The notes under the pieces were generated by a model. The model was not told the origin of the DNA, searched no databases, and saw nothing but the letters and a program-made list of their open reading frames with translations. A stretch of DNA of 64,000 nt from Acidimicrobiia bacterium (lineage in GTDB: Bacteria > Actinomycetota > Acidimicrobiia > Spongiisociales > UBA11373): assembly GCA_040902765.1 (NCBI GenBank), contig JBBDWO010000007.1, forward strand, positions 20,113 through 84,112. Reading direction: 5' to 3'. Position 1 is the stretch's first letter; each line of letters begins with the position of its first letter. Below, one piece after another: positions 54,794 to 62,612 of the stretch. The position numbers were made by a program, and so were the translations under genes.

Positions 54794-55252
54794 GTGAGTG
54801 GCACGCTGTTCTCGGGGGGAGGCACTGGCGATCGGCTCAGGCCTGGTCGGATACGATGCGCCACCTTGGGCGAGATCACCGACCGATCAGTGAGTGACCA
54901 CGGCGCCGGGTGGCCACAAGCCGTTCTCGTGGTCCTGCTGCTGTATCTGTTCCTGATCGGCGTGAAGGCATTGGAGTCGGGGATCAACGGGCTCGGATCG
55001 GGGTTCACCGATGCACTCTTCGAGGGCGTCAGTCATCCGCTCGCCGGCCTGTCCGTGGGCATCCTCGGCACGGTGCTGGTGCAGTCGTCGTCGGTGAGCA
55101 CGGCGACCATCGTTGGTCTGGTCGGTGCCGGGACGCTCGGATTCGAGGCGGCGATCCGGGTGATCGCCCACCTGATGAACATTCTGACGTCGCTGGTGAT
55201 GCCGATCGACCGGCTGGACTACTACGACGAGAAGAAGGCCGATCGCGAGTAG
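54794..55252 (+). pseudogene. Na/Pi cotransporter family protein, N-terminal remnant
   Basis: LFLIGVKALESG, LAGLSVGILGTVLVQSSSVSTATIVGLVGAG and FEAAI match the first Na_Pi_cotrans repeat. The usual GANIGT block is degenerate (AHLMNILT). The ORF ends after about 150 aa, whereas the family is usually over 500 aa. Confidence 0.45.
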
Positions 55253-55277
55253 CGCACCACGGCGGCGGCCTAGCCTC

Positions 55278-56312
55278 GTGACGATGAGCCATCCCTTCGA
55301 GCCGCCGATCACTCCGATGGAGGCGAAGGTCCGTGTCGAGCTCCCGAAGGGCGACTGGGCCTACGAACCCAAGTGGGATGGCTTCAGGGCCGTGGCGTGG
55401 AGCGAGCCGATCCGGCTCGACAGTCGCAACCACAAGCCGCTGCTGCGGTACTTCCCCGAGTTGGCGCCGTCGCTGACATCCATCCCCGCCAGCACGGTCA
55501 TCGACGGCGAGGTGGTGGTGGTCAACGAGCACGATCGGCTCGACTTCGACCTGCTCCAGAACCGAATTCACCCGGCCGCCTCCCGGGTGGACCGCCTGGC
55601 GGAGGAGACCCCGGCATCGCTCGTGGTGTTCGATCTGCTCGCCGACGACGGCGACGACCTGCGCCCTTCACCGTTCTCGGAGCGTCGCCGCCGCCTGGAG
55701 GCCCTGTTCCCGAAGCTCGACGGTCGCTGGCACCTGACCCCGTCGACCACCGACCGCACGGTCGGTGAGCGCTGGTTCCACGAGTTCGAGGCGGCCGGCT
55801 GCGACGGCATCGTCGCCAAGGCCCTCGACGGTGCGTACGCCGAAGGCAAGCGCGAGATGATCAAGGTCAAGCACCGCCGCACCGTGGACTGTGTGGTCGG
55901 CGGATACCGGGTCCACAAGGACGGCAAGGGGGTCGGCTCGATCCTGCTCGGCCTCTACGACGGCGACGCCCTCCATTTCATCGGCCACTGCTCCGGGTTC
56001 GCCGATCATGACCGGGTCGCCATCCTCCGACTGCTCGAGGAGATTCGCTCAGACGACTCGTTCGGCTCGGCCGATCAGGTGCGCCGCCCCGGTGCCGAGA
56101 GCCGCTGGAGTGGTGACAAGGACCTGTCCTGGGAGCCCGTCGAGCCAGGCATCGTCGCCGAGGTCTCCTACGACCAGCTCACCGCCAACCGATTCCGCCA
56201 CGCCACCCGCTTCGAGCGCTGGCGCCCCGACAAGGACCCGCAGCAATGCACCATGGACCAGTTGAAACGCCCCGAGGGGACTGGGTTTGGTGGGGTGGTT
56301 GGGAGCGGGTAG
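55278..56312 (+). CDS. ligC: ATP-dependent DNA ligase (LigC-type, ligase domain only)
   Basis: 344 aa. Adenylation motif I EPKWDGFR, motif DGEVVV, GIVAK and KVKH. The start is GTG 55278 or ATG 55284. Confidence 0.85.
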   Translation: MTMSHPFEPPITPMEAKVRVELPKGDWAYEPKWDGFRAVAWSEPIRLDSRNHKPLLRYFPELAPSLTSIPASTVIDGEVVVVNEHDRLDFDLLQNRIHPAASRVDRLAEETPASLVVFDLLADDGDDLRPSPFSERRRRLEALFPKLDGRWHLTPSTTDRTVGERWFHEFEAAGCDGIVAKALDGAYAEGKREMIKVKHRRTVDCVVGGYRVHKDGKGVGSILLGLYDGDALHFIGHCSGFADHDRVAILRLLEEIRSDDSFGSADQVRRPGAESRWSGDKDLSWEPVEPGIVAEVSYDQLTANRFRHATRFERWRPDKDPQQCTMDQLKRPEGTGFGGVVGSG

Positions 56313-56313
56313 C

Positions 56314-56341
56314 AGCCAGTGGCGAGGGGCGAGTGGCCAGG
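56314..56341. repeat. heptamer array (GGCGAGK, about 4 units)
   Basis: AGCCAGT GGCGAGG GGCGAGT GGCCAGG, directly after the ligC TAG stop. Confidence 0.7.
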
Positions 56342-56342
56342 G

Positions 56343-56550
56343 TCGCGTCATGGGGTCCACGTAGGGTTTGCCCTCCCCCCTCCCCGCCGCTCGCTTCGCT
56401 CCCGGCGGTACTCCCCCCTTCGGGGGGAGGGACCGCAAGAGAGAGGTGATGACCGGGAGTGCCGCCTCTGTTTGCGGTCCCCTCCCCTGAAGGGGGAGGT
56501 GGCAGCGGCCTCTGGCCGCTGACGGAGGGGGAGGGCTGACGCGTCGCGGG
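56343..56550 (-). repeat. MITE-like element, full copy in inverted orientation (left of DUF559)
   Basis: The reverse complement of the U2+U1 architecture. GCCCTCCCCCCTCCCC, CTCCCCCC-TTC-GGGGGGAG, linking stem GGGACCGCA...TGCGGTCCC, CCTCCCC-TGAA-GGGGGAGG, CAGCGGCC-TCT-GGCCGCTG (56503-56521), and a GGAGGGGGAGGGCTGACGCGTCGCG end. Confidence 0.8.
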
Positions 56551-56589
56551 GGGCTGGCAACTCGTTGTCAGACGAGACATTCTCTACGG

Positions 56590-56958
56590 ATGGCAAGGCC
56601 CCCTCGTGATCCGCTCGCCGCTGAGCGTGCCCGAACACTGCGGCGTAGGCAGACCAATGTCGAGGCTCGTCTCTGGGTCCGTCTTAGGGGCGGTCAGTTG
56701 GGCGTCCGATTCCGACGGCAGGTGCCGATGGGTCAGTGGATCGTTGACTTCGCCTGTTTCGCCCCCAAGCTCGTCATCGAAGTGGACGACGGGTCTCACG
56801 ATGGCCGGGACGAGTCGGAACGCACTCGGTACCTGGAGTCCTTGGGTTTTGCAGTGGCTCGTTTCGACAACAGGGACATCTTCGAGATCGACGTGGCGGT
56901 CCACGCCCTCGAAGTGGCGATAGCGGCACTGCGGAAGGGTGAACCGCTCCCTTGGTGA
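56590..56958 (+). CDS. DUF559 endonuclease domain protein (Vsr-like PD-(D/E)XK)
   Basis: 122 aa. LRRRQT..E..LW..LR, FRRQ..., YIVDF-like WIVDFAC, LVIEVDG-like LVIEVDDGSH, and G..V.RF.N. Confidence 0.85.
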   Translation: MARPPRDPLAAERARTLRRRQTNVEARLWVRLRGGQLGVRFRRQVPMGQWIVDFACFAPKLVIEVDDGSHDGRDESERTRYLESLGFAVARFDNRDIFEIDVAVHALEVAIAALRKGEPLPW

Positions 56959-56965
56959 TCGGTCC

Positions 56966-57333
56966 CTCTCGCGGGCCGACGCGTCGCGGGGTCTCCGTAG
57001 TGTTTGCCCTCCCCCCTCCCCGCCGCTCGCTTCGCTCGCGGCGGTACTCCCCCCTTCGGGGGGAGGGACCGCAGGAGAGAGGTGATGACCGGAAGTCCTG
57101 CCTCTGTTTGCGGTCCCCTCCCCTGAAGGGGGAGGTGGCAGCGGCCTCTGGCCGCTGACGGAGGGGGAGGGCTTCCTGCGGTCCCCTCCCCTGAAGGGGG
57201 AGGTGGCAGCGGCCTTGCCGCTGACGGAGGGGGAGGGCTTCCTGCAGTCCTTTCTGCGGTTCCCTCCCCTGAAGGGGGAGGTGGCAGCGGCCTCTGGCCG
57301 CTGACGGAGGGGGAGGGCTGACGCGTCGCGAGG
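56966..57333 (-). repeat. MITE-like element, inverted orientation, with the U1 module triplicated (right of DUF559)
   Basis: 56998-57172 is a near-direct repeat of 56361-56535. The U1 module recurs at 57111-57172, 57179-57238 and 57257-57318, separated by 6 nt and 18 nt. Confidence 0.8.
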
Positions 57334-57342
57334 CCCAATGAC

Positions 57343-57384
57343 TCCTGGTCCCTCGCTACTCGCTACTCGCTACTCGCTACTTCC
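57343..57384. repeat. heptamer array (TACTCGC, 6 units)
   Basis: TCCTGGT CCCTCGC TACTCGC TACTCGC TACTCGC TACTTCC. It is the inverse of the 56314-56341 array (AGCGAGT vs GGCGAGT) and contains the primase-polymerase TAG stop. Confidence 0.85.
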
Positions 57385-58363
57385 TCTTCTTGCTGGGCTG
57401 GACCCGACGCGGCTCTCCGGGTTGCTTTCGGTAGTGGGGGGGCCAGGGGGCGTCGCCCAAGCCGCGTTCTTCGTCGGCGGCCACCATGTCGAGGAGCGGG
57501 GTCAGGTCGCCCGGGTCGTCGTCGATGCCATCGGTGAGGTCCCCGACCTCGGCGAACCGGTCCTTGAAGCCCATCAGGTCGAGTGCCTGAGGGTCGATGC
57601 TGTCGAGTTCGTCCCAGGTGAAGGGGACCGAGACCAGTCCTGTCTGGCGAATGCTGTACGCCGAGGCGATCGTCTTGTCGCGGGCGTTCTGGTTGTAGTC
57701 GACGAACACGCCGCTCCGCTCCTCCTTCCACCATTCGGTGGTGGCGAGGTCCTCGGTGCGGCGTTCCAGTTCCCGACCGACCGTCAGAACAGCCCGACGC
57801 GCCTGGAAGTAGTCCCAGTCGGGCCGGATGCGCGCGTAGATGTGGATGCCGCGTGACCCGGACGTCTTCGGCCAGCCGACCAGGCCCTTCTCATCGAGGA
57901 GCGCCCGCGTGGCCCTGGCGACCTCCCGGCAATGGTCGAAGCCGAAGCCCTCGGTGGGGTCGAGATCGAAGCGCAGTTCGTCCGGATGGTCCAGGTCGTC
58001 GACTCGGGCCGTCCACGGGTTGAGGTCGATGACACCGAGTTGGACCTGCTCGACGATGTCGGCGACATCCTCGACATACGGCATCACTCCGGGCTGCGCC
58101 GACGGGAACTCGACCGGCGCCGAGTGAGTGATCGTCGACGGAGCCCGCTTGTTGAAGAAGAAGTCACCGCCGACACCATCCGGCCAGCGCTTCAGGGAGG
58201 TGGGCCGCCGGTCCACGCCTCGTACCGCGCCGTCGGCGCACATCAGGTAGTGCTCGGCCACGTCGAGTTTCGTCCAGCCGTGGTCGGGGAAGAGCACCTT
58301 GTCGGGACTGCTGACCCGCACGGCCCGCCCAGCCGCCTCCACCGTCGTTTCACTCTTGGCCAC
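57377..58363 (-). CDS. LigD-like primase-polymerase domain protein (Prim-PolC-like)
   Basis: 328 aa with a GTG start. SSPDKVLFP, LKRWPDGV.G..FF.KR, KTSGSRGIHIY and DYNQNARDKT motifs of NHEJ/BER archaeo-eukaryotic primase-type polymerases. The TAG stop lies in a heptamer array. Confidence 0.85.
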   Translation of the reverse strand: MAKSETTVEAAGRAVRVSSPDKVLFPDHGWTKLDVAEHYLMCADGAVRGVDRRPTSLKRWPDGVGGDFFFNKRAPSTITHSAPVEFPSAQPGVMPYVEDVADIVEQVQLGVIDLNPWTARVDDLDHPDELRFDLDPTEGFGFDHCREVARATRALLDEKGLVGWPKTSGSRGIHIYARIRPDWDYFQARRAVLTVGRELERRTEDLATTEWWKEERSGVFVDYNQNARDKTIASAYSIRQTGLVSVPFTWDELDSIDPQALDLMGFKDRFAEVGDLTDGIDDDPGDLTPLLDMVAADEERGLGDAPWPPHYRKQPGEPRRVQPSKKRK

Positions 58364-58371
58364 GCTCTGAG

Positions 58372-58419
58372 GCTATCGCTACTCGCTACTCGCTACTCGC
58401 TACTCGTTACTTGCTACGG
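58372..58419. repeat. heptamer array (GCTACTC, 7 units) filling a divergent intergenic region
   Basis: GCTATC GCTACTC x4 GTTACTT GCTACGG. It occupies 48 of the 64 nt between the primase-polymerase start and the hdeD-like start. Confidence 0.9.
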
Positions 58420-58427
58420 TCCCCGCC

Positions 58428-59144
58428 GTGGTGCTGTCGAGATTCCGGCGTGCTTCGACGCGCATGTGGCTCATCGCCTATCTCTTGCTGCGCGCCGTGG
58501 TCATCACGACGCTCGGCATCCTCCTGCTGATCCGGCCTCACGAGACCGTGCACCGGGTGGCAGCCTTCGTCGGCTGGGTGCTCATCGTGCTCGCCGTCAT
58601 CGACGTTCTCGCCGCGGCCTACGGGCCCGATCGCGTCACTCGTCGGCTGCTGTGGGTTCGCGCCGCCTTTACCGCGATCGTGGGCCTGGTGTTGGCGCTA
58701 CTCACCACGGTGAGTGTCACCGCCGTCGCCGTTCTCATTGCCATGTACCTGGTGGTGACCGGTGGGGTCAGCGTGATTCTCGGTATCCACCTGCGGTCCG
58801 AGATCAAGGCGTGGATCGGCATGGCAGTGCGGGGCGGTCTGGCATTGGTCGCCGGCATCCTGGCATTGGTGTGGCCGAGGCTGACCATCGTCGTCGTCGC
58901 CGTGATCCTCGGTGTGCACTGGCTGGTCGGCGGTCTCGTGTCCTTGTCCACCGCGGTCGGAGTGTGGCTGGAGTCGCGTGGTGCTGGCGGCAAGTCCGCG
59001 CCGTCGCAGCCGGAGCCTTCTGCGCCGGCTGGAGATCCCGCCGTGACTTCCCCGTCAGAAGGGGATTCGGACAAAGCGCCCCAGGGCGGCGGGGTCGAGA
59101 CGAGCAGCGATCAGCGGCAGGACGTCTCGCTGGAGGATCGGTAG
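58428..59144 (+). CDS. HdeD/DUF308 family membrane protein
   Basis: 238 aa. Repeated DUF308-type TM pairs (GILLLIRP, GILALVWP) and a low-complexity acidic/Pro tail. The last 90 nt overlap the convergent cutinase ORF. Confidence 0.65.
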   Translation: MVLSRFRRASTRMWLIAYLLLRAVVITTLGILLLIRPHETVHRVAAFVGWVLIVLAVIDVLAAAYGPDRVTRRLLWVRAAFTAIVGLVLALLTTVSVTAVAVLIAMYLVVTGGVSVILGIHLRSEIKAWIGMAVRGGLALVAGILALVWPRLTIVVVAVILGVHWLVGGLVSLSTAVGVWLESRGAGGKSAPSQPEPSAPAGDPAVTSPSEGDSDKAPQGGGVETSSDQRQDVSLEDR

Positions 59145-59900
59145 CACGTCGCCGATCCCGTACGAGCGGTGCACGTCGATGGCGCCGTTCCAATCGAGCA
59201 GCGCCAACGGGAGCGGGCCCCGATACATCTGACACACGATGTCGCCTGCGTTGCAGAGTGAGAAGGTCCGCTCGGCGATGCCGGTCGGGGTGACCAGGCT
59301 CAGCGTGGAGCGACGCACGCCGGTACGGCTCGACGAGTAGGTGCCGCGCAGGTTGACACCGGAACGGGCGTCGGCGGCATTGAAGCCGGGGTCGGACACG
59401 AGCACGACGGCGGCGATGTCGTTGTCGGCGACAACCACGCGGCGCGACAGGGCCAGGCGGATGACTTCCGCCCCCTGCGAGTAACCGACCAGGACGATCA
59501 CGGCTCCGGGACATCGGCTTCGCACCTCGGTGACCAGGTGGCCGAGGTCGGTGACACCGGCGTCCACCGAATCGTCGTAGCCCTTCGGCTCGAACGAGAA
59601 CACGCTGCGGGCCGCATCGTCGACACCGATCGCCGGGTAGTCCACCGACGCAGCGGCGAGTCGGATGCCTCTCGACAGCAGCATCTGGGCGGCGGCGTCC
59701 AACAGGGCAACCGCTCTTGGGCCGAATCCGCGCTCGGCGTCGTCGACCCGGCGATCCTCTCCGCTCCCGCGGACCCCGATGACGAACACGTCGGCGCAGG
59801 CGACGCGCTCGTCCCAGTGGGGTGGACGCTCGGCAGCCGCGGGAAGGGCGGTCATGGCCACCAATGCGACCGCGATGCTCGTCGCGGTGGTTCGTCTCAT
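59055..59900 (-). CDS. secreted cutinase family hydrolase
   Basis: 281 aa. Signal peptide, VIGVRGSGE, nucleophile motif GYSQGA, and a DIVC....H.SY catalytic Asp/His region. Confidence 0.8.
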   Translation of the reverse strand: MRRTTATSIAVALVAMTALPAAAERPPHWDERVACADVFVIGVRGSGEDRRVDDAERGFGPRAVALLDAAAQMLLSRGIRLAAASVDYPAIGVDDAARSVFSFEPKGYDDSVDAGVTDLGHLVTEVRSRCPGAVIVLVGYSQGAEVIRLALSRRVVVADNDIAAVVLVSDPGFNAADARSGVNLRGTYSSSRTGVRRSTLSLVTPTGIAERTFSLCNAGDIVCQMYRGPLPLALLDWNGAIDVHRSYGIGDVLPILQRDVLPLIAARLDPAALGRFVRIPF

Positions 59901-59927
59901 GGGTGACAGTGTCGTCGTCAGCGACGC

Positions 59928-60905
59928 CTACGCCGCCGCCACCAGGGCGTCGAGGCGGTCGAAGGACGCTTCGATGGTGTCCGCCTGCTCAGCCCGGTGC
60001 CTGACCAGCAGGCTGGCGTGGCCGGCATTGATCCAGTTCATCTGCGACCCCGGCCAGTGGCGATGGATGGCGAGGGTGGCCGAGGTGGGTACGAAACCGT
60101 CCCGGCTCCCCGCCAGGATCGCCGCTGCCCGCATGTGCGGCGGCGGGGGATGGTTGAGGATCGACCCGGCGGTGAGGACTCGCTGCAGACGGTCCACCGT
60201 CGCCCCGTTGTCGCCGCCGAGGGCATCCCAGGCGATGGTGTGACGCAGCACCCCGTCGAGGAAGACGGGTCCGGCGGCGTAGGCCGCGGCGATGGGTGCG
60301 ATGGCCACGGGGACGTCGACGAGGCTGGCGACGAAACCGGCGATGTTGCCACCCATGCTGTACCCGGCCACCCCCATTTGGTAGCCGCGCCGGTCCAGTT
60401 CGGTGACCAGCGACCGGCCCTCGAGGACGGCAGCCCGGCCCATCAGACAGAAGTCCGAGACCCTCGGGACCGGGTAGTCGACGCCGGTCGTTCGCCGCCG
60501 GTCGCCGTACAGGGGGTGCTGGATCATGATGCTGGCGATGCCGCGATCGAGGAGGTCCCGGGCGATGCGGCCGCGGGTGGAGTAGTCCTCGTCGTTCCAG
60601 ACGGGATGGAGCACGACGAGCCGCTCCGGCTCGGGATCGGTAGTGAGCCACCGGGCCCGGACGACACGGGACTCCTTCGGCAGTAGGTCGAACGGGCTCT
60701 CGAACTCGATGTCGCGCATCACCAGGTCGCCATTGCGGCGTGCGGGTCGTCGGATCAGCTCGATGTCGGCCACCGGTGGGGCAGTGGCGGCGTTGTCGAT
60801 GTACCAGTCGACGACGTCCCGATCACCCCACCCGAGGTGGAACGGACGCCGCCCCGTCGGGGTGCGGGCGATGGTGAGCGTGGTGGCGCGATCGAGCCAA
60901 TGCAT
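59928..60905 (-). CDS. alpha/beta hydrolase
   Basis: 325 aa with an ATG start. Nucleophile elbow GYSMGG. The fold is assigned by pattern only. Confidence 0.7.
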   Translation of the reverse strand: MHWLDRATTLTIARTPTGRRPFHLGWGDRDVVDWYIDNAATAPPVADIELIRRPARRNGDLVMRDIEFESPFDLLPKESRVVRARWLTTDPEPERLVVLHPVWNDEDYSTRGRIARDLLDRGIASIMIQHPLYGDRRRTTGVDYPVPRVSDFCLMGRAAVLEGRSLVTELDRRGYQMGVAGYSMGGNIAGFVASLVDVPVAIAPIAAAYAAGPVFLDGVLRHTIAWDALGGDNGATVDRLQRVLTAGSILNHPPPPHMRAAAILAGSRDGFVPTSATLAIHRHWPGSQMNWINAGHASLLVRHRAEQADTIEASFDRLDALVAAA

Positions 60906-60971
60906 CCCTGACGACGATACCGGGGGGTTGGTCGCTATCAGTGGCGATCGGCGCCAGACAGCGGCGACCGA

Positions 60972-62558
60972 CTATTCGGGTTGACGGCACCGAGGGTTGG
61001 GGGCGGTGGGCAGACCGTGGAGGTCGCCGTCGGCGTCCGCACAGCGCCACGGCGAACGCTCGAGTGCGGTCAGCTCGTACCACACACCCGGATGGTGGGT
61101 CGATTGCCCGCCCCGGTACATCACGGTGGCACCGTCGGGCCCGGTTACGAAGATGTCGGGGTGACCGTCGCCGTCGAGGTCGGTGACGAAGAACGCATCG
61201 TCGGCAGCGAGCCGGATCTCAGTGTCGGTGACCGTCGTGCTCGTGAAGTCGGGTCCGTGGTGGACGACGAGACGCCCGCTGCCGTCGATGGCGAAGAGGT
61301 CACGATGGCCGTCGAGATCACGGTCTCCCGTTGCGAAGTGGTGACCGGCGCCACTCACCGCTAGGGGGATCGGCCCGACGGAGTCGCCGAAGTCGGGGCC
61401 GTGCCATACGACCAGCCAACCCGGGTCGCCGGACTCGATCACGAGCACGTCGGTGGCGCCGTCGAGGTTCACGTCGTCGAGGAGCACCACCTCGCTCCCC
61501 GCGTAGGGGATGGTCGTCTCGATCGTCGATGGCTCCAGCCGGTACCCCTGGACGAGTTGGAAGACCCTAAGGACGAGGGTTTCGTCTCCGGCACGGTCCA
61601 GGAGCACCAGGTCGGGTCGAGCATCTGCGGTGACGTCGACGAGGAGTCGGGGCGCCAGGTGGTCGACCAGCGGGGTGTCGGTGAAGGCGAGGAGACGCCC
61701 ACCGGTGTGCCCATGACGCGCCCGAGCGACGAGGAGCGACATCCCCATCGGCTGCCTCGGCTGGATCCGCACGATGTCGACAGCCCCGTCGCGGTCCACG
61801 TCGGCCATGTGGTGGCTGGCCATGGTCACGGCGGGGACCCCGAAGTCGATGCCGAGGTCGTAGCGGTCGTCGTACGGGGCGGGGTCGACGAGGGCAGGCT
61901 GCGGAGGAGGCATTTCGTAGCCCGGCGTGTGGATCGGTCCCATCCATGAGAAGTGCATGGTGTCCTTGATCCTCAGCCAGTCTCCTCCCCAGCACCATCC
62001 GGCCGAACGCCAGGCGTCTACGTACCACTCGGGCATGTCGGTGATCAGCTCGTTGTCCGACCGGTACGGGTTGGCGTGTGAGTTGATGTCGATGGCGGCG
62101 CCGATGGCATGGAAGGACATGCGGCGGTGTGGCGGGATCGTCGCCGGCGAGAACGACCCGGCGGCGTTGGTTCGGTAGACGTGCTCGGGGTCCTCCCCGG
62201 CGGCACGGGCCAGGTTGTCGAGGACGAGCTCGATTGCCGGGACCACCCGCTCGTGGATGACCACTGTTCGGTACTGGCCGGGAATGCCGGGAAGGCGCAC
62301 GCTGACGAGCTGGTCCCGTACGTCGCCCACCGTCCGCCCGAAGAAGTCGCCCCAAGGCCCGTAGATCGGGGTCGAGTCCGGCAGGTGACCCGGCACGGCC
62401 GCGTGGGGACCGCGGACCCCACTGAGGGCGCCGCAGCCCGAAGATTCGTTGAACGAAGGTACCGGGGCGGCGTCGCTCGGTCCCGCGACTAGGAGTAGCG
62501 CGACGAGGGTGGCGCCGATGACGACCCCGATCGAACCCACGGATCGGGCTGAGTCCAC
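60972..62558 (-). CDS. secreted M15-type peptidoglycan peptidase fused to FG-GAP/VCBS-like repeats
   Basis: M15 metal motifs SFHAIGAAID and DTMHFSW, followed by five or more D.D.DG..D repeats (DVDRDGAVDIV, DVNLDGATDVLV, DRDLDGHRDLF, DLDGDGHPDIF). The GTG at 62558 is the proposed start because an M20 gene starts at 62613 on the other strand. Confidence 0.72.
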   Translation of the reverse strand: MDSARSVGSIGVVIGATLVALLLVAGPSDAAPVPSFNESSGCGALSGVRGPHAAVPGHLPDSTPIYGPWGDFFGRTVGDVRDQLVSVRLPGIPGQYRTVVIHERVVPAIELVLDNLARAAGEDPEHVYRTNAAGSFSPATIPPHRRMSFHAIGAAIDINSHANPYRSDNELITDMPEWYVDAWRSAGWCWGGDWLRIKDTMHFSWMGPIHTPGYEMPPPQPALVDPAPYDDRYDLGIDFGVPAVTMASHHMADVDRDGAVDIVRIQPRQPMGMSLLVARARHGHTGGRLLAFTDTPLVDHLAPRLLVDVTADARPDLVLLDRAGDETLVLRVFQLVQGYRLEPSTIETTIPYAGSEVVLLDDVNLDGATDVLVIESGDPGWLVVWHGPDFGDSVGPIPLAVSGAGHHFATGDRDLDGHRDLFAIDGSGRLVVHHGPDFTSTTVTDTEIRLAADDAFFVTDLDGDGHPDIFVTGPDGATVMYRGGQSTHHPGVWYELTALERSPWRCADADGDLHGLPTAPNPRCRQPE

Positions 62559-62612
62559 GCACGCAGCGTACCGATGGGGTCGCTTTCCGGACCGTCGCGT
62601 ACCATCGGGTGC

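Noticed and set aside
57111-57318. Three evenly sized direct repeats that at first glance resemble a mini CRISPR array.
   Set aside because: The 'spacers' are only 6 and 18 nt. The repeat is about 60 nt and belongs to the dispersed MITE-like family, and there are no cas genes. It is a tandem module amplification, not a CRISPR array.
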